Shown here: positions 18,948 to 28,023 of the stretch, piece after piece
How positions within the stretch are numbered: position 1 is the first letter of the stretch
How the letters are laid out: every line of letters begins with the position of its first letter
DNA from: an uncultured Bacteriovoracaceae bacterium
Lineage (GTDB): Bacteria; Bdellovibrionota; UBA1018; UBA923
Assembly: GCA_964572865.1 (NCBI GenBank)
Contig: CAZNGN010000008.1
Span: 31,561 to 95,560, forward strand
DNA: 64,000 bases
Direction: 5' to 3'
The notes under the pieces: model-generated
What the model was told of the DNA's origin: nothing
Seen by the model: the letters and a program-made list of their open reading frames with translations, nothing else
Databases searched by the model: none
Translations under genes and position numbers: made by a program

Positions 18948-20046
18948 TTACATAGTCCTGTTCTGCAGCGGTCATGTTGTAATAAAGTGGAAGTCTTGCT
19001 AAACCATCTGAAAATTTCATGCAGTGATTAAATGATTGACCTGATCGAATGAATTTTTTACCAAACGGCGATGTATGAAGGGCAACATAATGAAAAGGGG
19101 TACTAATTTCTTTTGATCTCATGTGTGAGATAAACTTTGTGCGCTCTTCAAAAGTTTTAAATAGAATTCCAAAAGTGTGAAAATTAGATTTGCAATTGGG
19201 TGGAATTTCTAACATTTCAACATTCCATTTTTTTAAATTAGGGCGAAACGCAAGTTCATAGCGTGCCCACAAAACTTGTCTTCTGTGATTGATTTCAGAA
19301 ATATTTTCAATTTGTGGAAATAAAAAAGCAGCATTGAGTTCAGATAAGACATAGCTAGAGCCAATGTCTACCCAGGTGTATTTATCAACAAGGCCTTGTA
19401 AAAATTGGCTACGATTTGTGCCTTTTTCACGTAAAATTTCAGCTCTTTGTAATAGCGATTTATCATTTACAATGAGAGCTCCCCCTTCGCCGCTTGTAAT
19501 ATTTTTAGTATCATGAAAACTTATGCAACCGATTTGTCCAAATGTTCCCAATGGTTTATTGTCGTAAGTTGCACCGGCACATTGTGCAGCATCTTCAACT
19601 AAAAAGATTTTATGCTTTTTACAAATTTCAACCAAACGATTCATGTCACAAGAGGCACCAGCATAATGTACTACAACAATGAGTTTGGTTTTTGATGTAA
19701 TCGTTTTTTCAAGTGCATCTAAATCAATGTTACCGTATTGATCATTATCAACAAAAACAGGAGTGGCTCCTCGTAATAAAAATGCATTTACTGTGGAAAC
19801 AAATGTAAAACTGGGAGAAATGAATTCATCGCCGGGTCCAATTTGAGAAAGCAAACCGGCTAATTCTAAAGAATGCGTGCAAGATGTCGTTAATAAAGTG
19901 GGAGAACCAAGTTGAGTTGATAAACTTTTTTCACATTTCTTATTGTATACCCCGCCACCTGATAATTGTGCTTGGTCATGCAGAATTTTTAAAATGTGTT
20001 CTTCTTCTTTTCCGGTATAACAAGGTTTGGTAAAGGGAACTTTCAT
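18922..20046 (-). CDS. DegT/DnrJ/EryC1/StrS-family sugar aminotransferase (WecE/ArnB-like)
   Basis: LTTSCTHSLELAGLL...GDEFISPSFTFVSTVNAFLLRGATPVFVD aligns closely with WecE. Confidence 0.75.
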   Translation of the reverse strand: MKVPFTKPCYTGKEEEHILKILHDQAQLSGGGVYNKKCEKSLSTQLGSPTLLTTSCTHSLELAGLLSQIGPGDEFISPSFTFVSTVNAFLLRGATPVFVDNDQYGNIDLDALEKTITSKTKLIVVVHYAGASCDMNRLVEICKKHKIFLVEDAAQCAGATYDNKPLGTFGQIGCISFHDTKNITSGEGGALIVNDKSLLQRAEILREKGTNRSQFLQGLVDKYTWVDIGSSYVLSELNAAFLFPQIENISEINHRRQVLWARYELAFRPNLKKWNVEMLEIPPNCKSNFHTFGILFKTFEERTKFISHMRSKEISTPFHYVALHTSPFGKKFIRSGQSFNHCMKFSDGLARLPLYYNMTAAEQDYVIEQTRNFF

Positions 20047-20049
20047 TTT

Positions 20050-21498
20050 TTAGATTGCTCCAATTCCACGTACAACTGAAATGATTGTTTTAATAATAAT
20101 CGCAATGTCTAAAAGTAACGAGCGGTTTTCTAAATAAAATAAATCATATTCCATATTCGCATGAATGGGTTCAGCACGTGCTGCTGAGATTTGCCATACA
20201 CCAGTGATTCCTGGCTTTGCTTCTAATCTTCGTTTTTCAATCGCACTGTATTGACTTACTATAAAGGGCATTTCAGGTCTGGGTCCAACTAAACTCATAT
20301 CTCCACGTAAAACATTGAAGAGTTGAGGAAGTTCATCTAGTGATGTTCTTCGAAGCCAGCGTCCTATTTTTGTAATTCTTGGATCGGTTGGATCTGAAGG
20401 TGTGCGTGCATATTGAGGAGCATCGATGTACATGCTTCTAAATTTGTAAAAGCTAAATTCTTTACCTTTTAGTCCAACTCGTTTTTGTTTGAAAATGATT
20501 GGACCTTTTGAGTCTAATTTAATCAATACTCCAATTAAAATATATAACGGTGAAAGAACAAGAATAAATGCTAATGATAAAATAAAATCAAGAATACGTT
20601 TCGCTATTAAATAAACTAAACTAGCTCGTTTTTTTCGTTTTCTCAAAATTGGAATTCCACCAATTTCAAACATTTCAATTTCTTGAATCAATTGATCATA
20701 TGAATTGGGAACAATTGAATAAGCTACTTGTGCAGAAACACAGTGTTCAACCAGTTGTTGGTTGCGATCAAATTTTGCTGAAGGAAGTGCTATCATTACA
20801 TGACTAATATCAAATCGTTTCAATTCATTTAAAACATCTTCACCACCAATGATGGGGACACCATTTTTAGGTCCTAATCCTGCCCATTTTACAGTTTGAC
20901 CGTGACGTGATTGATCGTCATCTAGAAATGCAACAGGTAACATTCCTAATGAAGGACTTTGAAATAATCTTTTAGCAAGATGAATGCCGATTTGTCCTGC
21001 GCCATAAATTAAAACTCTGGTTTGAGACCAGCCTTTCATGTGAAATAAAACATGAATTTTGTAAAAAGCCATTCGTTGAAAATACAAAATTATAGGTGCA
21101 CCAACGAGTGCTGTGGTGACAGTAACCCGAGAAAATGAAGTATAACGAATATAAAATGAAATACTTAATACGATAGCAGCAGCATAAAGTCCTACCCGAA
21201 AAATTCCACGTAGTTCTTTTATATTTAATAAACTGATTTCGCGCCTGTATAATCCCATTCGATCTAGTAAAAAAATGTATAAAATACTTACGGCAGCTGA
21301 AATGTATAGAAATTCTATAAAATTTTGAGGTGAAATGCCTTTTAAATACTTTGTATAGAAAAAATAACTCGCCATGTAGCTTAAAAAAATTGCGAGATAG
21401 TCTGCAACCACTTGAAAGATAGTGATAAACTTACCAAAGGTTGCGCGCACTCTTTTAGATGTATTGAGCTCCATGCCTTGCAAAACTATAGAATCCAT
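20050..21498 (-). CDS. Polyprenyl-phosphate hexose-1-phosphate transferase, the initiating sugar transferase (WbaP/PssY type)
   Basis: N-terminal transmembrane segments plus a C-terminal bacterial sugar-transferase domain (KRVGLKGKEFSFYKFRSM...DELPQLFNVLRGDMSLVGPRP). Confidence 0.8.
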   Translation of the reverse strand: MDSIVLQGMELNTSKRVRATFGKFITIFQVVADYLAIFLSYMASYFFYTKYLKGISPQNFIEFLYISAAVSILYIFLLDRMGLYRREISLLNIKELRGIFRVGLYAAAIVLSISFYIRYTSFSRVTVTTALVGAPIILYFQRMAFYKIHVLFHMKGWSQTRVLIYGAGQIGIHLAKRLFQSPSLGMLPVAFLDDDQSRHGQTVKWAGLGPKNGVPIIGGEDVLNELKRFDISHVMIALPSAKFDRNQQLVEHCVSAQVAYSIVPNSYDQLIQEIEMFEIGGIPILRKRKKRASLVYLIAKRILDFILSLAFILVLSPLYILIGVLIKLDSKGPIIFKQKRVGLKGKEFSFYKFRSMYIDAPQYARTPSDPTDPRITKIGRWLRRTSLDELPQLFNVLRGDMSLVGPRPEMPFIVSQYSAIEKRRLEAKPGITGVWQISAARAEPIHANMEYDLFYLENRSLLLDIAIIIKTIISVVRGIGAI

Positions 21499-21545
21499 TT
21501 ATTTTAAAGACTTAACGCTAAGATACAGGAAGAGCAACTCTTTAA

Positions 21546-22673
21546 ATGAAAGTCGCAATTGTACATGTTCCATATCAATTTCGAGGTGGTGAAGACGTAC
21601 ATATTGATGTGTTAAAAAATGTTTATTCAAAATTATCTATCGATGTAGAATTTTTTCCAAAAAACAGAAATAAACCTGGCCTTTCATTCAAAAACACATT
21701 TAAATCGCTTAATTTTCTCTCAAATTTTGAAGATTTTGATACTTATTGGAATGACGCAAAGCCAGATTTCTTACATTTACATAATATTTATCCAATTTTA
21801 GGACCAAGATTTTTAAAATGGATCGTGAATACTCAGAAAAAAGCAATTATGACTACTCATAATCACAGATTTTATTGCGCCAATGGCCTTGCGCTACGCG
21901 ATAATAAAATTTGCAAAGATTGCTTTCATGATGAAATGAAAATGAAGCCCGCTGTGTTCAACTGCAATTTAGAACTTCAAAAATCAATATATTATTCAAT
22001 CGCACTAAGCGAAAACCATTCACTATTGAAAAATGCGATCAAACACTTCATTGCGCCTTCGCCCTATATTGCCAAAGAATTAGAAAAGTGGGGAATCGAA
22101 CAAAATAAAATTACTCAAATTACAAATCCTGTAGAAATTGAAAATGGATTTCAAACTTCAAATGAGATTTCGAATGATTTATTTTATGCCGGTAGACTTT
22201 CAATTGAAAAAGGCATTGTAAATTTATTAAAACTTACAAAAGAATTACCTGATGTACGATTTGTCATTGCTGGAGACGGACCCCTTAAAAAAGAAGTGAT
22301 TGAGGCATCGAGAGTACAAAAAAATATCTCTTATTTTGAAAAGTGTTCACGATCTGAAGTAATGAACCTCATTTCAAAATCTAAGTTAGGAATTTTGCCT
22401 TCGATTTGTAACGAAATATTACCTACGTTTGTTTTAGAATGTGAAATGCTTGGAACAAAATGTTTAGTTCCGAATCTAGATTCAACTACATGGTTCGCAG
22501 GCAGTATGTGGAATGCAAGTTTAATGAATACCTTTAGTGTTGAATCAATGAAAAAAGTCGTATTAGAGGAAATGAGTTTGTTTAAAAAGAAAGAAATTAA
22601 AACTGAAATTAAGCAGCAATTAAGTGTAGAATTGTATGCTTCAAAACTTAAAAAAGTGATCGATCAATTATGA
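21546..22673 (+). CDS. Glycosyltransferase family 4
   Basis: FYAGRLSIEKG GT4 motif. Divergent from the initiating transferase. Confidence 0.7.
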   Translation: MKVAIVHVPYQFRGGEDVHIDVLKNVYSKLSIDVEFFPKNRNKPGLSFKNTFKSLNFLSNFEDFDTYWNDAKPDFLHLHNIYPILGPRFLKWIVNTQKKAIMTTHNHRFYCANGLALRDNKICKDCFHDEMKMKPAVFNCNLELQKSIYYSIALSENHSLLKNAIKHFIAPSPYIAKELEKWGIEQNKITQITNPVEIENGFQTSNEISNDLFYAGRLSIEKGIVNLLKLTKELPDVRFVIAGDGPLKKEVIEASRVQKNISYFEKCSRSEVMNLISKSKLGILPSICNEILPTFVLECEMLGTKCLVPNLDSTTWFAGSMWNASLMNTFSVESMKKVVLEEMSLFKKKEIKTEIKQQLSVELYASKLKKVIDQL

Positions 22674-23596
22674 AAAAAACATTTTTTGTAGAAAATTCAA
22701 TACAACAAATCAGTTCAATTTTTACATGGAATTGGCCTCAAAAAACACAATTAGCGCGAAAGTACATTTCTCAAAAAAAACCAAAACGAATTATTTTTAT
22801 AGGAACGGGCAGTTCATTTCATGTTGCCAATTGGAGTAATTGGGTTTGTAGCGCAAATCAAATCGAATCACTTTGTATTACTTCTTGGGAAATTTTGGCC
22901 GAAAAATTTAAACCACAAAAAAATGATATGCTCATTTTTATTTCTCATAGAGGCGCACAAGGGTTAACAGCTAAATTAATTCAAAAATTTAAACTTCACT
23001 CTAAAATATTAATTTGTGCACAAGAAATGCCCACAATGAATGTCATGACCATTCATACTGTAAAGCCTGAAAAATCAAACGCACATACAATCAGTTTGGT
23101 TGGCGCCATGCTTTCTATACTTTCATTGTTCCAAATCAAAATTGATTTTAATAAAATAACTAAAGAAAAAATGAAAGAACTAAAATTTAAGTATTCAAAA
23201 CAAAACTCTGTTTATTTTATTGGTGCAGGCATTATGTCGAGTATTGCTTTTGAAGCCGCATTAAAAGCTAGAGAGATGGCTCGTATTCCAGCATTTGGAT
23301 ATCAATTAGAAGAATTTTTACATGGGCCTTCGATTGCGTTAAAGAAAAATGATTTAGTAATATTTCTAAACCATCAAGTGATTCAAAACTCATTTTTATG
23401 GGATGAGCGTTTGAAACAAATTAAAATGACCTGTAAAAAATCAAAATCTAAACTTATTTCAATTGGAAACTCGAAATATAAGTCCCAGGCAGATTCTTTT
23501 TTAAAATCGATATTACTTTTGCGAATACTTCAAAAAACATTGTTAAATCAGGCACTTCGCTTAAAGGTGAATCCTGACATTAACCCTTTTGCGTAA
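22670..23596 (+). CDS. Sugar isomerase with tandem SIS domains (GlmS-C/AgaS-like)
   Basis: [13 protein letters not shown] and [22 protein letters not shown] phosphosugar-binding motifs. Confidence 0.55.
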   Translation: MKKTFFVENSIQQISSIFTWNWPQKTQLARKYISQKKPKRIIFIGTGSSFHVANWSNWVCSANQIESLCITSWEILAEKFKPQKNDMLIFISHRGAQGLTAKLIQKFKLHSKILICAQEMPTMNVMTIHTVKPEKSNAHTISLVGAMLSILSLFQIKIDFNKITKEKMKELKFKYSKQNSVYFIGAGIMSSIAFEAALKAREMARIPAFGYQLEEFLHGPSIALKKNDLVIFLNHQVIQNSFLWDERLKQIKMTCKKSKSKLISIGNSKYKSQADSFLKSILLLRILQKTLLNQALRLKVNPDINPFA

Positions 23597-23615
23597 TTTG
23601 TGTTATAAAACAGCC

Positions 23616-24551
23616 ATGCAAGATCCAGTCGTAACTGAAATTCTAAAACTTAAAGAACAGAAAAACGCAGTCATTTTAGCTCACTATTATCAAGATTCTG
23701 AGATTCAAGATGTGGCCGACTTCATCGGTGATAGTTTAGAGTTGTCAAAAAAGGCTGCCACTACCACCAAAGACATTATCGTTTTTGCTGGCGTGCATTT
23801 CATGGCAGAAACTGCCAAAATCTTAAATCCTTCAAAAAAAGTATTATTGCCTGACTTATCTGCTGGCTGTTCATTGGCTGATTCGTGTCCTGCCGATCAA
23901 TTTTCGATTCTAAAACAAAAGCATCCCAATGCAGTGGTTGTGACGTATATCAACTGTTCTACCGAAATGAAGGCATTGAGTGATTATATTTGCACTTCAA
24001 GTAATGCAGAAAAGATCATTCGTTCAATTCCAACTGATCGTGAGATTATTTTTGCTCCCGATAAGAACTTAGGAGCTTATTTGTCTAAAAAAACAGGAAG
24101 AAAAATGATTCTATGGCAGGGCAGTTGTCTTGTTCATGAAATTTTCTCTGAAAAGCTTATTCGGCAATTAAAAGTTCAAAACCCAGATGCGCTTGTGATC
24201 GCGCACCCTGAGTGTGAAGAAGATGTATTGAAACTTGCTGATCATATTGGATCTACGTCTGCATTGTTGAAATTTTCTCAAGAAAGTAGTGCGAAAAGAT
24301 TTATAGTAGTAACGGAGCCTGGAATTATCCATCAGATGAAAAAATTAAGTCCAAGTAAAGAATTCTTGATGGGACCAGCAGTAGACTCAAAAGATGGGCG
24401 CACTTGTGCTTGTAATGAATGTCCATATATGAAGAAAAATACACTCGAAAAGGTCCGAGATTGTCTTTTAAATGAAACTCCAGAAATTCTTTTAGAAGAG
24501 TCTTTGAGAAAGAAAGCGCTTTTACCTATTGAAAGAATGCTTTCAGTCTAG
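23616..24551 (+). CDS. nadA: Quinolinate synthase NadA
   Basis: [19 protein letters not shown]...FMAETAKIL...three conserved Cys regions. The ORF is open from a TTG at 23589. ATG 23616 aligns with the start of NadA homology. Confidence 0.8.
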   Translation: MQDPVVTEILKLKEQKNAVILAHYYQDSEIQDVADFIGDSLELSKKAATTTKDIIVFAGVHFMAETAKILNPSKKVLLPDLSAGCSLADSCPADQFSILKQKHPNAVVVTYINCSTEMKALSDYICTSSNAEKIIRSIPTDREIIFAPDKNLGAYLSKKTGRKMILWQGSCLVHEIFSEKLIRQLKVQNPDALVIAHPECEEDVLKLADHIGSTSALLKFSQESSAKRFIVVTEPGIIHQMKKLSPSKEFLMGPAVDSKDGRTCACNECPYMKKNTLEKVRDCLLNETPEILLEESLRKKALLPIERMLSV

Positions 24552-24572
24552 GGCAGAAAATATCTATTCAAA

Positions 24573-25031
24573 TTAAATATTTTTAACAAGTAATGTACGT
24601 TGGTTGTCTTTAAAGCCAAGTTTTTGGTAAAACTTCTTAGTTCTGCGATTATTTTTGGTTACTTCAAGTCTAAGTGTGTTTATTCTTTCTTTTTTGCAGA
24701 CTTCAAATGCTTTTTTAATTGCAAGAGTGCCGATTCCTAGACCGCGATGTTGCTTTAAAATAAATAATTCATCTATAAATGCTTCACGACCTCCACACTC
24801 TAAGCTAAATCCAAAGCCAAGTGCCATATAACCTATTAAATTTGTATTATTTAGATAAATTCCTAAAATTAATCCAAAAGATTGATGCTTTAAAAGTTGT
24901 TTTAAAGCGTGTTGTGCTCGTTTTAAATCCCATGAAAGAAGATCAAATTGATAAAATTGTTCCATCAATAGGATAATATTTTGATCAATCTTAGATTTTT
25001 TATTCAATTTTAATTTTTTAAACGTGATCAT
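24573..25031 (-). CDS. GNAT-family N-acetyltransferase
   Basis: QHRGLGIGTLAIKKAFE...FYQKLGF acetyl-CoA binding motif A. 152 aa. No evident SD before the ATG at 25031. Confidence 0.7.
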   Translation of the reverse strand: MITFKKLKLNKKSKIDQNIILLMEQFYQFDLLSWDLKRAQHALKQLLKHQSFGLILGIYLNNTNLIGYMALGFGFSLECGGREAFIDELFILKQHRGLGIGTLAIKKAFEVCKKERINTLRLEVTKNNRRTKKFYQKLGFKDNQRTLLVKNI

Positions 25032-25066
25032 GAATATTCAAGCCATTTCGTTTTTTTAATTATGAA

Positions 25067-25103
25067 CAAAAAAAAACGAGCCAACTGATTTCAGAGGGCT
25101 CGT
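25067..25103 (-). terminator. Rho-independent terminator between the poly-Lys micro-ORF and the GNAT gene
   Basis: On the minus-strand RNA the sequence is ACGAGCC-CUCUGAAAUCAGUU-GGCUCGU followed by UUUUUUUUU, a 7-bp stem with a 9-U tract. Confidence 0.7.
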
Positions 25104-25106
25104 CGT

Positions 25107-25127
25107 AAAACACTTTGCGAGTGTTTT
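25107..25127 (-). promoter_or_regulatory. Perfect 8-bp hairpin (AAAACACU-CGCAA-AGUGUUUU) between the micro-ORF stop and the terminator
   Basis: The inverted repeat is seen directly. The position suggests a leader-region structure. Confidence 0.4.
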
Positions 25128-25143
25128 GAAATAGAAAAAATAC

Positions 25144-25194
25144 TTATTTCTTAGATTTTTTCTTAGCTTTTTTCTTTGCTTTTTTCTTAGCCAT
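25144..25194 (-). CDS. 16-codon poly-lysine micro-ORF (MAKKKAKKKAKKKSKK), a candidate leader peptide or tiny polycationic peptide
   Basis: GGAGG (plus 25201-25205) 6 nt upstream of the ATG. Three 12-nt repeats AAGAAAAAAGCW. TAA stop, followed by the hairpin and terminator. Confidence 0.35.
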   Translation of the reverse strand: MAKKKAKKKAKKKSKK

Positions 25195-25405
25195 TGAAGG
25201 CCTCCTTTTGGTTTTTGTGCTGTAGAGAGTCCGTTCTCATCAGCACGTTTAGTACTGCAACTTTACGTCTTCCTAATAAAACTTGATGACTTACATATAT
25301 GTTACCTAAAAGTTTCAAAAATCAAAATTTTTTTTCATAATTATGCATTTTTTTTCCTAGTGAATGTTACTTAAATGAGAAAAAATTAGAAAAAATGGTT
25401 TTTTT

Positions 25406-26128
25406 GTGATGAAAATGGTGATTATGAAGAAAAAATTCTCGATTTTAATTCTATTTTTGATGTTCAATTACATTTTTGCTGAAGAAAAAGATGCAAAAGT
25501 AGTTCAGAAAGAAGAAAAAGTTACTCAAAGTGATGAAAAATCAAAAATTTCGCCAATGAAAGGTACATTATTTGAGTTTTTGAAGAAAAAATATGGTTCT
25601 ACAACCACTTTGAAAGCAAATTTTGTTCAAATACAAAAAAATAAAATGATGGGATCAGAAAAAAAATCAGAAGGCGTGCTCGAAATCAAACGTCCAGACA
25701 AATTTCGTTGGGACACACTCAAGCCAGATCCAACTTTGTTACTTTCGAACGGAAAAAAAATAATTTATTACACTCCACCCTTTCATGAAGGTGAAAAAGG
25801 ACAAGTGATTTTCAAAAAATCAGCAGATGTGCAATCAAAATTGGCCATTGATTTACTCTCAGGTAGTGCCAACTTAAAACAAGACTTTAAACCTAAAAAA
25901 ATCGCTGATAGACACTACGAGTTAATTCCGATCAATAAAAACCTTGGTGATATCAATAAGATAGAGCTTTATATTGATCCTAAGGCCAATTTAGTCTATA
26001 AGGTCGTATTACAACACACCACAGAAAATGAGACGGAAATTGAACTACAAAACGTTCAACTAGCTGAAAAAATTGAAGAGAATCGATTTGAATTTCAAGT
26101 TCCGCCAAACACCGAAGAGATAAAGTAG
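25406..26128 (+). CDS. lolA: Outer-membrane lipoprotein carrier protein LolA-like
   Basis: Signal peptide. LKANFVQIQKNKMMGSEKKSEGVLEIKRPDKFRW matches the LolA family core. The start may be an internal ATG at about 25424. Confidence 0.6.
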   Translation: MMKMVIMKKKFSILILFLMFNYIFAEEKDAKVVQKEEKVTQSDEKSKISPMKGTLFEFLKKKYGSTTTLKANFVQIQKNKMMGSEKKSEGVLEIKRPDKFRWDTLKPDPTLLLSNGKKIIYYTPPFHEGEKGQVIFKKSADVQSKLAIDLLSGSANLKQDFKPKKIADRHYELIPINKNLGDINKIELYIDPKANLVYKVVLQHTTENETEIELQNVQLAEKIEENRFEFQVPPNTEEIK

Positions 26129-26159
26129 AGATTAAGTAATATTATATAGAGGAAGTAGT

Positions 26160-26648
26160 ATGCCATCGTTTGATATCGTTTCTAAAACAGATCCACAAGA
26201 AGTCGACAACGCAGTTAACATTGCAAAAAAAGAATTATTAAATCGATTTGATTTTAAAGGTTCTAAATCTTCGATTGAATTCAACGGAAAAGATGAAATT
26301 GTTCTGGTTTCAGATGATGATTACAAATTAGGACAATTAAAAGACATTTTAGAGAGTAAAATCACCAAAAGAGGCGTTTCATTGCTCGCTTTAGACTATC
26401 AAAAGCTTGAAGATGCTACTTTGGGAACCAAAAGACAAAAGATTAAATTAAAACAAGGCGTAGATAAAGATAGAGCAAGAACGATTATCCAAACCATAAA
26501 AGAGAGTAAATTAAAGGTTCAAAGCCAATATATGGACGAACAAGTTCGTGTATCAGCAAAAAAAATAGATGACCTTCAAGAAGTCATTCAAACTTTAAAA
26601 ATGTCTAAAATTGATCTTCCTCTTCAATTTGTAAACATGAGATCGTAA
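26160..26648 (+). CDS. yajQ: YajQ-family (UPF0234) nucleotide and cyclic-di-GMP binding protein
   Basis: MPSFDIVSKTDPQEVDNAVNIAKKELLNRFDFKG... is collinear with E. coli YajQ. Confidence 0.85.
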   Translation: MPSFDIVSKTDPQEVDNAVNIAKKELLNRFDFKGSKSSIEFNGKDEIVLVSDDDYKLGQLKDILESKITKRGVSLLALDYQKLEDATLGTKRQKIKLKQGVDKDRARTIIQTIKESKLKVQSQYMDEQVRVSAKKIDDLQEVIQTLKMSKIDLPLQFVNMRS

Positions 26649-26677
26649 TCGAAAAAAGAAGTAAGGATTAAGCAGTA

Positions 26678-28018
26678 ATGGAAAAAAACGTACACTTCGT
26701 ATCACTGGGATGCCCTAAAAACTTAGTCGACTCTCAAGTCATGCTCGGACTTTTAAAAACCGACAAGTACGGAATTACAGATGAACCATCAAAAGCAAAT
26801 GTAATCGTTGTAAACACATGTAGTTTTATTGAGTCAGCTAAAAAAGAATCAATCGATGCTATTTTAGAAATGGCCGAATATAAAGACACAGGTAAATGTG
26901 AAGCACTTGTTATGGCAGGCTGTCTTTCTCAAAGATATAAAGACAAACTTCAAGATGAACTACCTGAAGTCGACTTATTTATTGGAACCGGAGAGTACCA
27001 AAGAATTGCAGAGCTTGTAGATTGGGCTAGAAAAGGTGAGCTTCCACAACGTGCTTATGTAAATAAGCCAGCATTCATTCATACAGATGAACATCCTAGA
27101 CTTCAGACAGGACAAAATTTTTCTGCATACTTAAAAATCTCTGAAGGATGTAATCGCCGTTGTAGTTTTTGTATTATTCCTAATTTAAGAGGCAATACTA
27201 GATCGCGCACAGTGGAATCTTTGGTTGAAGAATCAAAGAGATTGGCACTTTTAGGTGTGAAAGAATTAAATTTAGTTGCACAAGATTTAACCGAATATGG
27301 AATGGAACATCGTTATCAAAAGATGACACTTGAAAAACTATTGCCAGAGCTTGCTAAAATCAAAGGTGTAGAGTGGATTCGTTTGTTTTATGCATATCCT
27401 GACCAATTTTCTGATGAGTTGATCGACATTATGGCTTCAGAGCAAAAAATAGTTAAATATTTAGATATGCCGATTCAACACACCTCAGACCGAATTTTAA
27501 AATTAATGAATCGTAAATTCACACGCCAAGAAATATTCGATTTTATCGGTAAACTTCGCGATAAAATGCCAAATATTTATTTGCGAACTTCAACGATCGC
27601 AGGTTTTCCATCTGAGACCGACGAAGAGTTTGTTGATTTCATGAAAGACTTAGAGTTATTGAAGTTTGATCATTTAGGTGCATTTAGTTATTCAAAAGAA
27701 GAAGATACAAAAGCAGCATTACTAGACGGACAATTGCCTTTAAAAACTCGAGTTGCTCGCCAAAGAAAAATTAGAAAATTTCATGAAGAGTATTCAGCAA
27801 AACGAAATAAAGAATTAGTCGGAAAAACATTCACCGTATTAGTTGAAGGTGAGTCTGATGAAACAGAATTACTTTTAAAGGGTCGCCATTATGGACAAGC
27901 TCCAGACATTGACGGACAAGTTCTCATTAATGAAGGCGTAGCTAAAGTAGGTGATTTGGTTCAAGTTCAAATCACAGAAGCATTGCCTTACGATTTAGTG
28001 GGTGGAATCTTAGAATAA
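26678..28018 (+). CDS. rimO: Ribosomal protein S12 methylthiotransferase RimO
   Basis: VHFVSLGCPKNLVDSQ MTTase N-domain. Radical-SAM CNRRCSFC cluster. C-terminal TRAM domain. 446 aa. Confidence 0.8.
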   Translation: MEKNVHFVSLGCPKNLVDSQVMLGLLKTDKYGITDEPSKANVIVVNTCSFIESAKKESIDAILEMAEYKDTGKCEALVMAGCLSQRYKDKLQDELPEVDLFIGTGEYQRIAELVDWARKGELPQRAYVNKPAFIHTDEHPRLQTGQNFSAYLKISEGCNRRCSFCIIPNLRGNTRSRTVESLVEESKRLALLGVKELNLVAQDLTEYGMEHRYQKMTLEKLLPELAKIKGVEWIRLFYAYPDQFSDELIDIMASEQKIVKYLDMPIQHTSDRILKLMNRKFTRQEIFDFIGKLRDKMPNIYLRTSTIAGFPSETDEEFVDFMKDLELLKFDHLGAFSYSKEEDTKAALLDGQLPLKTRVARQRKIRKFHEEYSAKRNKELVGKTFTVLVEGESDETELLLKGRHYGQAPDIDGQVLINEGVAKVGDLVQVQITEALPYDLVGGILE

Positions 28019-28023
28019 AATTT

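Noticed and set aside
25240-25275. CUGAUGAG motif with a flanking 6-bp inverted repeat (GTGCTG...CAGCAC) on the minus strand, suggesting a hammerhead ribozyme
   Set aside because: The downstream sequence lacks the helix II and GAAA/helix III arrangement and a UH cleavage context. An 8-mer match is expected by chance in a window this size. It is more likely part of the 5' leader or promoter of the poly-Lys micro-ORF.
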